A stretch of 64,000 bases of DNA from positions 372,001 to 436,000 of the forward strand of contig JAUFOR010000002.1 in assembly GCA_040285745.1 (NCBI GenBank). Reading direction: 5' to 3'. This stretch comes from Barthelona sp. PCE (lineage: Eukaryota). Under the pieces are notes generated by a model. It searched no databases. It was not told the origin of the DNA and saw only the letters and a program-made list of their open reading frames with translations. The position numbers and the translations under genes are program-made. Positions 9,365-18,654 of the stretch are shown here, piece by piece (the stretch's first letter is position 1; each line of letters begins with the position of its first letter).

Positions 9365-10579
9365 TTAAACACTGGATTTCTTGATTTTCTTGTCTTCTGA
9401 TTGAACACTGGCCTTGTACTCTTCAAAACCAGCCATACATTTTTTATATTGCTTCCTCAAAAAAATTAATAATAAATAGAAAACAAATAAACCAAATAGA
9501 ATAAGATTTGTTGACCATAAAACACTAAGGAAATCGTCATAACTGAACACATACTCTGTTTCAGTGAAATATAACCATGTTGTGTATACAATAACATAAA
9601 AAAACAAAGCATGAAAAATTAAAACAGTAAAAAAAGTACTTGAAGCGTGGTAATTATCAATGCAAACCGTGCCATATAATGGAGGAGTCTTCCTATTCAT
9701 TGTAATAATAGTCTTCCTGTACTTATACCCATACTTCATTGTATACAGATAGGATCCCACGAGAATCCATCCCAAGACAGTACAAGGGACCAACGTGGTT
9801 GAGAAAGAGTTGATCAATACAACAGCTATGATACCATCAATGAGCTGTGACAGATAGAACCATGTACATCGAAGATATGGTATATCAATAGCTTTTTCTG
9901 ACTTCTTCCAGTGCCTATATGCACTAAATGTGATGTATAGTGGAATATAAGTTAAAGCAAATACCCATAAAACATGAACAAAACTCAAACCAAACTTGAC
10001 AACATAAATTAAAAAGTTGTCTATGTTAAAGTTTAAAGGCCAATCTAATGGATTTAGCATATTGTTTACGGATGACGGGGGGTCTATAGTGAGAATATTT
10101 AAAAAAATGTACTTTGAACTTATACTCCCAAAATAGGAGACAAAAAAAAATGCATAAAACAAGCTATACATACATTCAAACGTATAAAACAGACTGAAAA
10201 CTATAGATTGTGGCCAAGTCAACCTGAGCATATCCTTACGATTAACTCTAAACATAAATCCAATTGAGAACGGTGCAAGAAGCAGTATTATGATTTTAGA
10301 CAATGTGTTGTGGAGGTACTCTTGCAACACTATGGATATCAATTGTACAAATACAATTAAAATTGAGGAACTTAAAAGATTAGAAGCCATCTTTGGAAAA
10401 CAATCACTCATGACTTTCCAAACATAACCCATAAAGAGTACAAGTGAAGAATGCTGTATATGATGAACAGGGGGATCAGATTGTAACACAGGAGCGATCG
10501 GTGCAGATACATCTATACCTATTGGTGCGGATCCTTCAACCTGGGGTTCATCAGGTTCCAAAACCTCCATTTCTTTCAT
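9365..10579 (-). CDS. Uncharacterised multi-pass membrane protein
   Basis: 404-aa ATG ORF with about 8 hydrophobic segments and AT-rich codons. Confidence 0.75.
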   Translation of the reverse strand: MKEMEVLEPDEPQVEGSAPIGIDVSAPIAPVLQSDPPVHHIQHSSLVLFMGYVWKVMSDCFPKMASNLLSSSILIVFVQLISIVLQEYLHNTLSKIIILLLAPFSIGFMFRVNRKDMLRLTWPQSIVFSLFYTFECMYSLFYAFFFVSYFGSISSKYIFLNILTIDPPSSVNNMLNPLDWPLNFNIDNFLIYVVKFGLSFVHVLWVFALTYIPLYITFSAYRHWKKSEKAIDIPYLRCTWFYLSQLIDGIIAVVLINSFSTTLVPCTVLGWILVGSYLYTMKYGYKYRKTIITMNRKTPPLYGTVCIDNYHASSTFFTVLIFHALFFYVIVYTTWLYFTETEYVFSYDDFLSVLWSTNLILFGLFVFYLLLIFLRKQYKKCMAGFEEYKASVQSEDKKIKKSSV

Positions 10580-11167
10580 TTTAGGTGTTAAAAAGCAAAT
10601 GAAAAGGATGTAAAAGATGAAAATTTGTAAAACAGTAGTTTTCCACAGTAAGAATGTACGGTCACGTCCTGTGAATAAATTAACGTTTATAACATAGTAC
10701 TTGAAACTTCATCTATCTCCAGAAGCAGGCAAAATTTACTTAATTTAGCTCAGGTACAGAGTTTCTTCATCTGTTTCCTTTATTATAAGTGTATGCTGGC
10801 TGGATTATGTTCTTTTTGAGAATTTTTCAGTTATTTTCCCTTTAATATGAGACGCTACAGCGATTTGCAAAAATCTGCTTTATTCTGTTTTTCTGGATGG
10901 AATACTGTTCTTCCCACTTAAAAAGATCAGATACTTCGTTTCTGTTGCAGTATATCACAAACATACAAAAAATTTCTACAATATAGGATATCATTGCATA
11001 ATGGTATTCGATATTATTATATCCCGAAATAGTGTGTCAGACTGAAGATTTTACTCATTTAATTGACTTAGAAGGTTTTTACACTCATCCAATGTTAAAG
11101 ATTTTCTTTCTTACTTCTCATTTCTTTATTTCCTTTATTTCTTTGTTTAATAACTAATACTATTTAA

Positions 11168-11503
11168 ATGGAACCCACTATTGAATTTATTACCACTGTT
11201 GAAAACAACCCTATATTTGTCCAGCCTGGTCAGACTGCAATCGTCCATTACCGTGGTTATTTCCCCGACACTGGTGTTGAATTCGACTCTTCCATCAAGA
11301 GAGGCACTCCTTTTGAGTTCGTTTTAGGCGCAGGTCGTGTAATTAAGGGATGGGATTTTGTTGTTGCTGAAAAGCTTCCCATTGGTTCCAAAGCTAAGGT
11401 AACACTCCCCCCTACCTGGGCTTATGGATCTAGAGGTGCTGGAAACGTTATCCCACCTAACGCTACTCTTGCTTTCGATATGGAAGTCCTTGGTGCCCGT
11501 TAA
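11168..11503 (+). CDS. FKBP12: FKBP12-type peptidyl-prolyl isomerase
   Basis: Motifs VHYRG, FDSS.KRGTPFEF.LG.G.VIKGWD and AYGSRGAGNVIPPNATL.FD.E.L; 111 aa. Confidence 0.95.
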   Translation: MEPTIEFITTVENNPIFVQPGQTAIVHYRGYFPDTGVEFDSSIKRGTPFEFVLGAGRVIKGWDFVVAEKLPIGSKAKVTLPPTWAYGSRGAGNVIPPNATLAFDMEVLGAR

Positions 11504-11743
11504 GTATGTTTTGTGTTGCCACAGTTATTTACGAGTAAATACAGTGCATCTTTCATGATCAGTATTTAAAAATATTTCTATAACTGAGGAAAATTGTGAT
11601 ATAAAGAACGTAGAAAGCGCAGGTAATTGTAATCGCATTTTTTAGTAAATTAGGTGAAATACAACACGCTCCATGTGGTTATTCCTCTCCTAGTGAGCGC
11701 TTGACATATTAATATTTGCTGAATTGGTGCAGGCAAAAACGTT

Positions 11744-12640
11744 ATGTCATTTAATACCTTTACAACAGAGCTTCCAGCACTTCCAAGGAGGTTACAGACG
11801 TTCCTGGGGGGAGGGCGCACGTTCACGGATCTGACACTGGTGTTTTTTGGAGCAAATTCTGATTTTTCTGAACTATCCGACAAATTACTCGATTTTAGAT
11901 ATACATATAGGGGTGAAATTTCCGGTACAGTCCTTTTTGAGGAAGAATTCCACCGTAAAGCACATGAAACTGCAAATTACAGATTGCTCCTCACCCATCC
12001 TGAGATATCCATTCTTTTTGCCAACAATACCGTATCTATCGCTGCCTCAGTTAAGATGAGTCAGATAACTGGGCTCAATCTGTCAAAGAAGCAACGTTTA
12101 GCAGCTGGTCGTACAATTCAAATCTACGAAAGGTCCTTTAAACAGTTTTTCTCTGATATTTCCGGTTTGAGGGCCACTGTTTTGCACGACACGGTGTTTT
12201 CAGTTGTGTCTAATACTATATTGGAGGGAGTGATACAATCCCCGCTTTGTACTCATACAGAAAATAACCGTATCAGGACAATAAGTATTGAAGAAGCAAT
12301 GCAGCTCCCTGCCGATGAATTCATCGAGCAGGTGGGGCTCACTTGTCTTGGTGTCAATCAGAACAGCATTGAAGACTGTGACGTAAGCGAAGTGCAAAGT
12401 CCTTCAACTAATCTTTCCGTCGATTCTCACGCTGTAACAACGATCAGGTTGAGCGGGTTGTTTTCCTCTGAACCCATACTCGGACTATTAGGTGCTGCTC
12501 TTTCGGCAGACGCTCCTCTTATTATGAGTGTAGCCCAACTTTCTTCACAAATTCTAAACACACAATTCCTTGCTGGGTTTGCAATCAATGACGGTACTAT
12601 GCGCTCATATGTTGGCGTTGATAACCAAGAACCTAAATAA
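11744..12640 (+). CDS. 298-aa protein, possibly a divergent RNase P/MRP subunit Rpp40
   Basis: Clean ATG ORF. The C-terminal motif order EFIEQVG / VSEVQSP / IRLSGLFSSEPILGLL / APLIMSV / terminal VG.DN..P resembles the Rpp40 C-terminal half as I recall it. Weak similarity. Confidence 0.45.
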   Translation: MSFNTFTTELPALPRRLQTFLGGGRTFTDLTLVFFGANSDFSELSDKLLDFRYTYRGEISGTVLFEEEFHRKAHETANYRLLLTHPEISILFANNTVSIAASVKMSQITGLNLSKKQRLAAGRTIQIYERSFKQFFSDISGLRATVLHDTVFSVVSNTILEGVIQSPLCTHTENNRIRTISIEEAMQLPADEFIEQVGLTCLGVNQNSIEDCDVSEVQSPSTNLSVDSHAVTTIRLSGLFSSEPILGLLGAALSADAPLIMSVAQLSSQILNTQFLAGFAINDGTMRSYVGVDNQEPK

Positions 12641-12660
12641 GATCTAATTTACAACAATGA

Positions 12661-14522
12661 TTAACGTACTTTTTCCTCCAACGATTGATGTCTCTTAAGA
12701 AGCTTCATAGTCTCTAAATCTTGTGGAAGAATAGATTTTCTACGTATATTAGTTGAAGAATAGGCAAATAAAGCAGAATTTGATTCTTTTGATGCGAAAT
12801 CCAAATCAACCTTTGTATTCTCAACAAGCTCTGTGATATCAGCCAACTGATCCTGCTCAATAACAATACGCTGGGTGTAACTAGGCAAATCAAACCCCTG
12901 TACATTAAACTGCGAATTGGAGTGAATAGCTTTCCATATGGTGCTTTGCTTTCGCTTCACCATCGTATCCAAACGTGACTTATAGGAGTTAACAACGCTG
13001 CTAAACATAGAACTGTCGAGGTTCATCAGCTTCTTCAATACAGAGTATGTTACTCCTAACACGCTCTGACGCCAATGCTTCTTTGTTACGGTATACAATC
13101 TGCGGAATAAGACTGGAACAAGAACATCTGAACGCAACTTAACAATGTCGAACAAGTCTCCGTCAATAAGGCTCAGTGCGCGCTCACTTACTTCAAAGTG
13201 CTGACACTGTACAGACTGTCCCAATCTGTCAAAGTACGTCTCCAACAACGTCTTGGCGGGCTGGATGGGCACACTCACATTCACCTCCTTCGGGCAAGGA
13301 ACGAAAGCGTGTAGATCTGGATGATTCAACTGTAAATCAAGCAACTGCGGATTCTTCTGCCATATGCTCATGAATACGCTTTCCGTGATCTGCAAGAAAA
13401 TGAGCTCCTTCGACGAGTCCGTCTTTGGCCACAGTCTCAGCAACTGGGCTAGAACTGGTGCTCCCAAGACAACATCCTTATCAACAAAAAGTGTTACACA
13501 GTAGTTGAGTGGTGTCGCATATGAAGGTAACAGACGTGCAGAGTACAATGGAAGCAAATAAGAGTGCAGGAACCGAAGATGCTCGGGTTTGAGAGGCAAA
13601 ACAAAACCATGTATGATTGAACCTAAAATCTCGAGCAACTCACTTACACCAGGATGAGAACCATTCTCATAGATAAAAGTGAGGAACGTATAGTTGATTA
13701 CCCTCCTGATGAAAGATCTGTGTGTCATAAACTTAGCGTACAGTTTATGCAAGATAGTCTTGAGATAATCACGTTCACGAGGATCTTCTGACTGAAACAA
13801 ATGAATAAAACTGATTAAAAACTTACCTGAGATATACTTCTTTGCAACCTTTGGGTCGACATCGTGGGAGAGAATGAATCGAAGGAAGAACTCATAAACA
13901 AATTGGATGTGGGCCCAGCTTGGCTCCAGAAGTGGTTCATCCTCATTGGGATCGTACATTAAACCGTCTGAAACGTGTGTTTGAACCAGAGGGTGGAAAA
14001 TATTGGCTGAAACCATCTTGAAAATGGGAAGAAAACTGGTTTCGTTGAAGACACTCCGATTGAAATTAATGTACTCTAACAAATCCATTAAGCATTTCCT
14101 TTTGATCTCAATGGACTTCTGGGATACGTTAGGGGCAGTGAAATCAAGAATTTGTGTTGATTGTTTGATTTTTTTAAGGAATAATCCTTGTCTTTGGAAT
14201 GGTGAAACGTCCTTTAAACTTGGTAAGACTTCAAAGACGGGTTGTGGGCGTTCTAAGTCTGGTCTTGACCTTGAAATCTTCAGTTTGCTCCTTGAACTGG
14301 GAACTACTTCATCGTTAACTTTGTCCTGTTGTGATGTCCTTTCTTCTGCCTTAGGCGCCTTTGATGGGATGTCTGGGTCTGAGCCACGGCGCCTCGAAGA
14401 TGTGGATGACGAACCAGCTTTTGAACGATTCAATCGTGACTAAATGTAAGGTTTTGCGTGTGTTATGACATGTAATGTCGTTAAAATACCTTCGAACTGG
14501 TTGATTTTCTGCTCTTCATCAT
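12661..14522 (-). CDS. PP2A regulatory subunit B' (B56); two exons (14522-14490, 14439-12661)
   Basis: B56 motifs EDEPLLEPSWAHIQFVYEFFLRF, SEDPRERDYLKTILHKLYAKF, ELLEILGSIIHGF and HFEVSERAL. The track start is TTG; removing intron 14489-14440 joins MMKSRKSTSSK in frame to SRLNRSKAG. Confidence 0.95.
14440..14489 (-). other. Spliceosomal intron (50 nt, phase 0) in the B56 gene
   Basis: Minus strand reads GTATTT...CCTTACATTTAG. It contains in-frame stops and its removal restores an ATG-initiated frame. Confidence 0.8.
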
Positions 14523-14881
14523 GTTATACTAAATACAAACAAGTTTCAAAGTAGATAAGCTGTATATGTCAAAGAAACAAATATGTATGGTACTGTCCGT
14601 AAGAGGGGAACTAGTTAAAGTGTTCTCTCTTGAAAGAAAACACGTGAAAGACTGGAAGTATGTGAAAACAAAATTTTTTGAAAAACTTTACTGCTCGGTT
14701 GATTGACAGTTCTTTTGTTGTATGTGCTCTTTGAAACTAATAGAAAGGGCATTTCCCATGCAAAAATATCCAACAAACAGAAAACACATCAAATACTGAT
14801 TCTTACACATTTATTCATCAATATGCTCAAATTTTGTGCTTATTTACATCTCTGATTCTCTATTTGGCCTCAAACGAGTCA

Positions 14882-16135
14882 TCACCTGTTTAAAAAGAAC
14901 TGCATCAAGCCAATAACTGATACATGACCTGCATCGTCAAAATATGTACAATACACAACGTCTCCGTTTAAACTTCCAACAAACACCTTATACCTGCGCT
15001 CTTCAAACTTGAACTGGCAAGAATACATTCTGGATTCGGTTATAAATTCCTCTAAATTAACTTCTTTGTAGAGAGCAAATATTCTTTTCAAACAATCATC
15101 ATCAATATCATGTATGTGACTGACGAACGCGGATCCTGCCTTCAGGACGATGTAATGTGCAAGACTTGAAGGAACGAAGTGTGAAGTTGGTAAAAGTGCA
15201 TTCCTCGCAGGATTCTCACCTAAATTCAACAACTGTTTTTGCTTCATTTTATCAACAAAACCACTGGAAAACTGTGTGTAAAATACATCAGGGGCCATTG
15301 TAAGCTCACCGTAAAGAGAATGTATAAACTTTCTCAACAAATACTGAATTTGCCTCTCGATATAAAAAACATCACTCTCATCATTGTAAAACCTTGTTTT
15401 TAGTGTTACACTGATGAATATAACGTCCTGTAGTGCGGCAATCGTCAACCCCAAAGGGCGATCGTACTCTGGCCAATATATGGGCATCGTTTCCATTGCA
15501 AGTGGAGAATCTTCAGCTCTGAACAACATACCTTTTAGTAATAGAAGAACATACAAAGAGCGCATCATATCCGAAGACAAGGATGAACTCACCACAAGTG
15601 AGTTATAAAACATTGCGCTACCTAAAACAACACCTTTAACAGGGAGTTCTTTTGATGTCATCTCAAACGGTAGCCCATCTAACCCTCCCAGAATACCTGT
15701 GAATAGGTGTTGTAGGACGTCAGATATGAACATCGCTGGAGCCCTCATTGTCATGTATAGCAAAATTCCAAAAGGTCTGTTTAATAATTTGGAAGTGAAT
15801 GCAGTAAACTCTATAATCTGATTTGTGTTACATTCGGTGAAGAGATCCTTTGACTGCAGTGACCATGTGGACATAATGAGATCCGCAACGTTGACCAACA
15901 TGTTTGATTGAATCTCTGAAATAAATACCGCAGCATATTGAGTGTTCATTGGACGGAATGCACAATTAAACTTTTCAAAAGAAAGCAATGTGATTGTCTC
16001 GTTCAAGACTCCCTGTGTTATCTCCTGCAATCCTGCAACTACACGTGAAACATCAGGGAAATCCCCTTTTGATTCAAAAAACACAACAGATTCGCCCTCA
16101 GCAACATCGAAATCCAAAATAAGGAACTTGAGCAT
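14882..16135 (-). CDS. Longin-domain protein of the CCZ1/INTU/HPS4 family, most like Inturned
   Basis: N-terminal longin-like pattern (FLILDF..EGE.VVFF...VAGLQEIT). GSAMFYNSLVVSSSL, SDVFYIE, L.LG..P..N.L..HYI and the terminal VYCTYFD recall Inturned longin 2/3 motifs. Confidence 0.55.
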   Translation of the reverse strand: MLKFLILDFDVAEGESVVFFESKGDFPDVSRVVAGLQEITQGVLNETITLLSFEKFNCAFRPMNTQYAAVFISEIQSNMLVNVADLIMSTWSLQSKDLFTECNTNQIIEFTAFTSKLLNRPFGILLYMTMRAPAMFISDVLQHLFTGILGGLDGLPFEMTSKELPVKGVVLGSAMFYNSLVVSSSLSSDMMRSLYVLLLLKGMLFRAEDSPLAMETMPIYWPEYDRPLGLTIAALQDVIFISVTLKTRFYNDESDVFYIERQIQYLLRKFIHSLYGELTMAPDVFYTQFSSGFVDKMKQKQLLNLGENPARNALLPTSHFVPSSLAHYIVLKAGSAFVSHIHDIDDDCLKRIFALYKEVNLEEFITESRMYSCQFKFEERRYKVFVGSLNGDVVYCTYFDDAGHVSVIGLMQFFLNR

Positions 16136-16222
16136 ATCAATACTCTACATGCAGGTTAAAAAGAAAAGGAAAGCAGAAACAAAATGCTGTAAAAAAAAAC
16201 TACAATTTATTGTACAATAAGC

Positions 16223-17239
16223 TTACCTATGACGCATACCACGCTCCTCGACCTCTCTCTTCAGTGCCTCCTTATCAATTTGAGCCTTTAGCACTTGCAT
16301 GTGTGATGGTACACCCTTTCTGAAATTTGGCGCGTTTGGATCCATTCTCAATGCTTCTGGAGTCAAGGGGGCATAAGACGCATTTGATGTAACCATTTCA
16401 ACATCATCATCAAAAACAATTGTGGTAGCCTGCAAATTTGGATCAAAAGCTTCATTTTTAGCTTCATTCACATCAAATGGAACGTACTGTGCCTTTGTTG
16501 TTGAATTCCATGTACTTTCTTTCGCATCCTTCGAATCAAACTTCAAATGGGATTCCCTCAATTTAATAACCTTCTGTTTCGCCTTCATCGTATCAACTGG
16601 TTTGATATCATGCTGTTTGAACTGTGAAGCGTTTGAACTCTCAAATTCTGTCCATGTTCCAAAAGAAATATTGCTCTTTTGCAAATTGGGATCATAAGAT
16701 TTAACCCTACCCTTATTACTAGCAGTGACAACCTGTGCGTTGAATTGGTTGGTTGTTGTCTGAAAATCACGAGTGTCTGTATCAAACTTGATATTGGAAT
16801 CAAAATACTTTGGGTCTATACTCTTTGCTCTCTCTGCCTTGTCCAAGTTCTTTCCGAACTGGTTCGAGGACAGGTCTGAATAATCTATATTGTCTTCTCC
16901 CAAGATAAAATGACTGGTGCGCAACTTCCTTGCCTCATTAAGACGATCCTCTTTTGTTTTGATCTTCTCCAATTCCGGGGGCTTGAAAGTTGATGAGTAT
17001 GACGAGTTGCTAAGATCATAATCATGTTGCATAGGAATAGAAGAACGTGAAAGTACCTTCTTAAATTCCTGTGCTTCCTCACTTGCTTCCTTGTACCGCT
17101 CTTGAAGGTTCTGGAAGTTGGGATTGTTTTCAATAAGACTAGCATTTTCTGATTGCTTATTAGTTAAAAAATCATGCTTCTCTTGAAGATACGCTTGGAA
17201 ATCGCTTCTGTTTGGATTGAAATTCACCTTCCCGCTCAT
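16223..17239 (-). CDS. Repeat protein, probable ciliary microtubule inner protein (TEX45/SAXO-like)
   Basis: About 35-45-aa repeats L(R/Q)xS(H/N)(F/I)x(L/F)(G/D)...(S/T)(S/T)xxxQ(F/Y): LRTSHFILG, FDSNIKFD..FQTTTNQF, LQKSNISFG..SSNASQF, LRESHLKFD..STTKAQY, LQATTIVFD. Confidence 0.55.
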   Translation of the reverse strand: MSGKVNFNPNRSDFQAYLQEKHDFLTNKQSENASLIENNPNFQNLQERYKEASEEAQEFKKVLSRSSIPMQHDYDLSNSSYSSTFKPPELEKIKTKEDRLNEARKLRTSHFILGEDNIDYSDLSSNQFGKNLDKAERAKSIDPKYFDSNIKFDTDTRDFQTTTNQFNAQVVTASNKGRVKSYDPNLQKSNISFGTWTEFESSNASQFKQHDIKPVDTMKAKQKVIKLRESHLKFDSKDAKESTWNSTTKAQYVPFDVNEAKNEAFDPNLQATTIVFDDDVEMVTSNASYAPLTPEALRMDPNAPNFRKGVPSHMQVLKAQIDKEALKREVEERGMRHR

Positions 17240-17345
17240 ATTAGTGAAATAGATAGGTTACAAATAGAAAAATAGTTGAAAGAAGTAAGATTTGCTATAA
17301 CATTGTTGTTCTTTTGTTTTCCACCTTTTTCACATCACATATTCG

Positions 17346-18626
17346 ATGAAGGCCCATCCGTATTTCGCAGACAGACCTTCTTCTACCCCAATTCTGGTTT
17401 TTGGAACTAAAGAGCCTTCATATGCATTTTTCTGGTTCGATACCAACAAAATTCCTACATTCCCTTCCATTAGCGAGGAAGACATCAGCGTCATTCTATC
17501 TGGATGCCCTGTAGGTATTGATTTTCTGGGCTATGTTGGAGAACAAGATATTCTACCTGATTTTGAACGTCTTGATGGTGATTTCACCTACGACACCCCG
17601 CCCTTTGTTGTATTTACATTCAAGCTTAATTTCCCTATCCTTTCAAACGTACTTTTTTATCAAAAAGATGAACCCCAAAAGCTCTTCACGCTCTCCTCAA
17701 ACCATAAATATCTCGACCTTTCATCTGGTGAGTACGGAGCTGTCGGCTATAGTCTTGCTGAAATTGCTCCGGGAAGTGTTCAAGCTCAATATTACTGCAC
17801 CGTTCTGTTTCCAAGGATGTGCCCTCCTAATTTTGAGCTGAGACAGCCATCCATCTTCTTTACGAGCCCGCCAGTCGTCAGCTTGTGGATGATGGGTCCA
17901 GACGTCCCTATTTTTAACACAGGTTGGCTAGATCTCGCTGATCATGGTGTGAAACCTTTATTCAACTATCAAGACCCAATCCCCAGGCCAATTGATCCGC
18001 ACCACAGCCTCCCGCAGGTAAGAAACAGTATAGTTTTAAAACAACAGCCACTAGACTCATTCAAAGTTTGTAGCTCTAGTCTGCTCTACTATCATTACTC
18101 CCAGGATCCTATCCAAGACGTGGGGTGGGCGTGCGCGTACAGATCGCTCCAAACAGTTGCCAGTGCGATCATTAGAGCAGGATTTGGTAAGGGACATGAT
18201 GTACCAGGCGTTCATGATATCCAGCGGATTTTATTTGAAATTGGTGCTTGTCAGGCCAACATCCTGGAAAGTAGAACATGGATTGGTAGCATCGAGGTGT
18301 CATTTGTGCTCAACCACCTGTTCGATGTGGAGACTGAGATTATCACAGCGCGCAATCTTGAAGAGTTGCAGCATTTAACAGCAAATATCGCCTCCTACTT
18401 TGAGACAGGGTTGAGCTTCCCACTGATGATAGGTGGATCTAAGTATGCGCATACGATCGTAGGAGCAGACGCTACCACTCAGCAATACGCGATACTAGAT
18501 CCGCACTATGTCGGCAATGATTCTGTCAAATCGATACTGCGTAAAGGTTGTATTGTTGTTAATCCTCTATCATTCTTCGACGAGGGCTACACCTACAACA
18601 TGGTAAAAATCCGAATTAAACAATAA
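17346..18626 (+). CDS. UFSP2: Ufm1-specific protease (peptidase C78)
   Basis: YYHY.QD..QD.GWACAYRSLQT (catalytic Cys), WIGS.E, MIGG, ILDPHY (Asp/His), plus an N-terminal extension as in UFSP2. Confidence 0.9.
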   Translation: MKAHPYFADRPSSTPILVFGTKEPSYAFFWFDTNKIPTFPSISEEDISVILSGCPVGIDFLGYVGEQDILPDFERLDGDFTYDTPPFVVFTFKLNFPILSNVLFYQKDEPQKLFTLSSNHKYLDLSSGEYGAVGYSLAEIAPGSVQAQYYCTVLFPRMCPPNFELRQPSIFFTSPPVVSLWMMGPDVPIFNTGWLDLADHGVKPLFNYQDPIPRPIDPHHSLPQVRNSIVLKQQPLDSFKVCSSSLLYYHYSQDPIQDVGWACAYRSLQTVASAIIRAGFGKGHDVPGVHDIQRILFEIGACQANILESRTWIGSIEVSFVLNHLFDVETEIITARNLEELQHLTANIASYFETGLSFPLMIGGSKYAHTIVGADATTQQYAILDPHYVGNDSVKSILRKGCIVVNPLSFFDEGYTYNMVKIRIKQ

Positions 18627-18654
18627 ATAACAAAATTTCATTTTTACTGCACAA

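Noticed and set aside
10755-10770. TACAGAG resembling the U6 ACAGAGA box
   Set aside because: No following AGC triad or internal stem-loop.
10923-10937. Minus-strand GAAGTATCTGATCTT resembling U2 snRNA GTAGTATCTGTTCTT
   Set aside because: There is a mismatch in the branch-recognition sequence and no upstream U6-pairing or stem I elements.
16200-16226. GTAAGC donor-like site overlapping the stop of the 338-aa gene
   Set aside because: No matching 12-nt branch/acceptor motif downstream and no sensible continuation.
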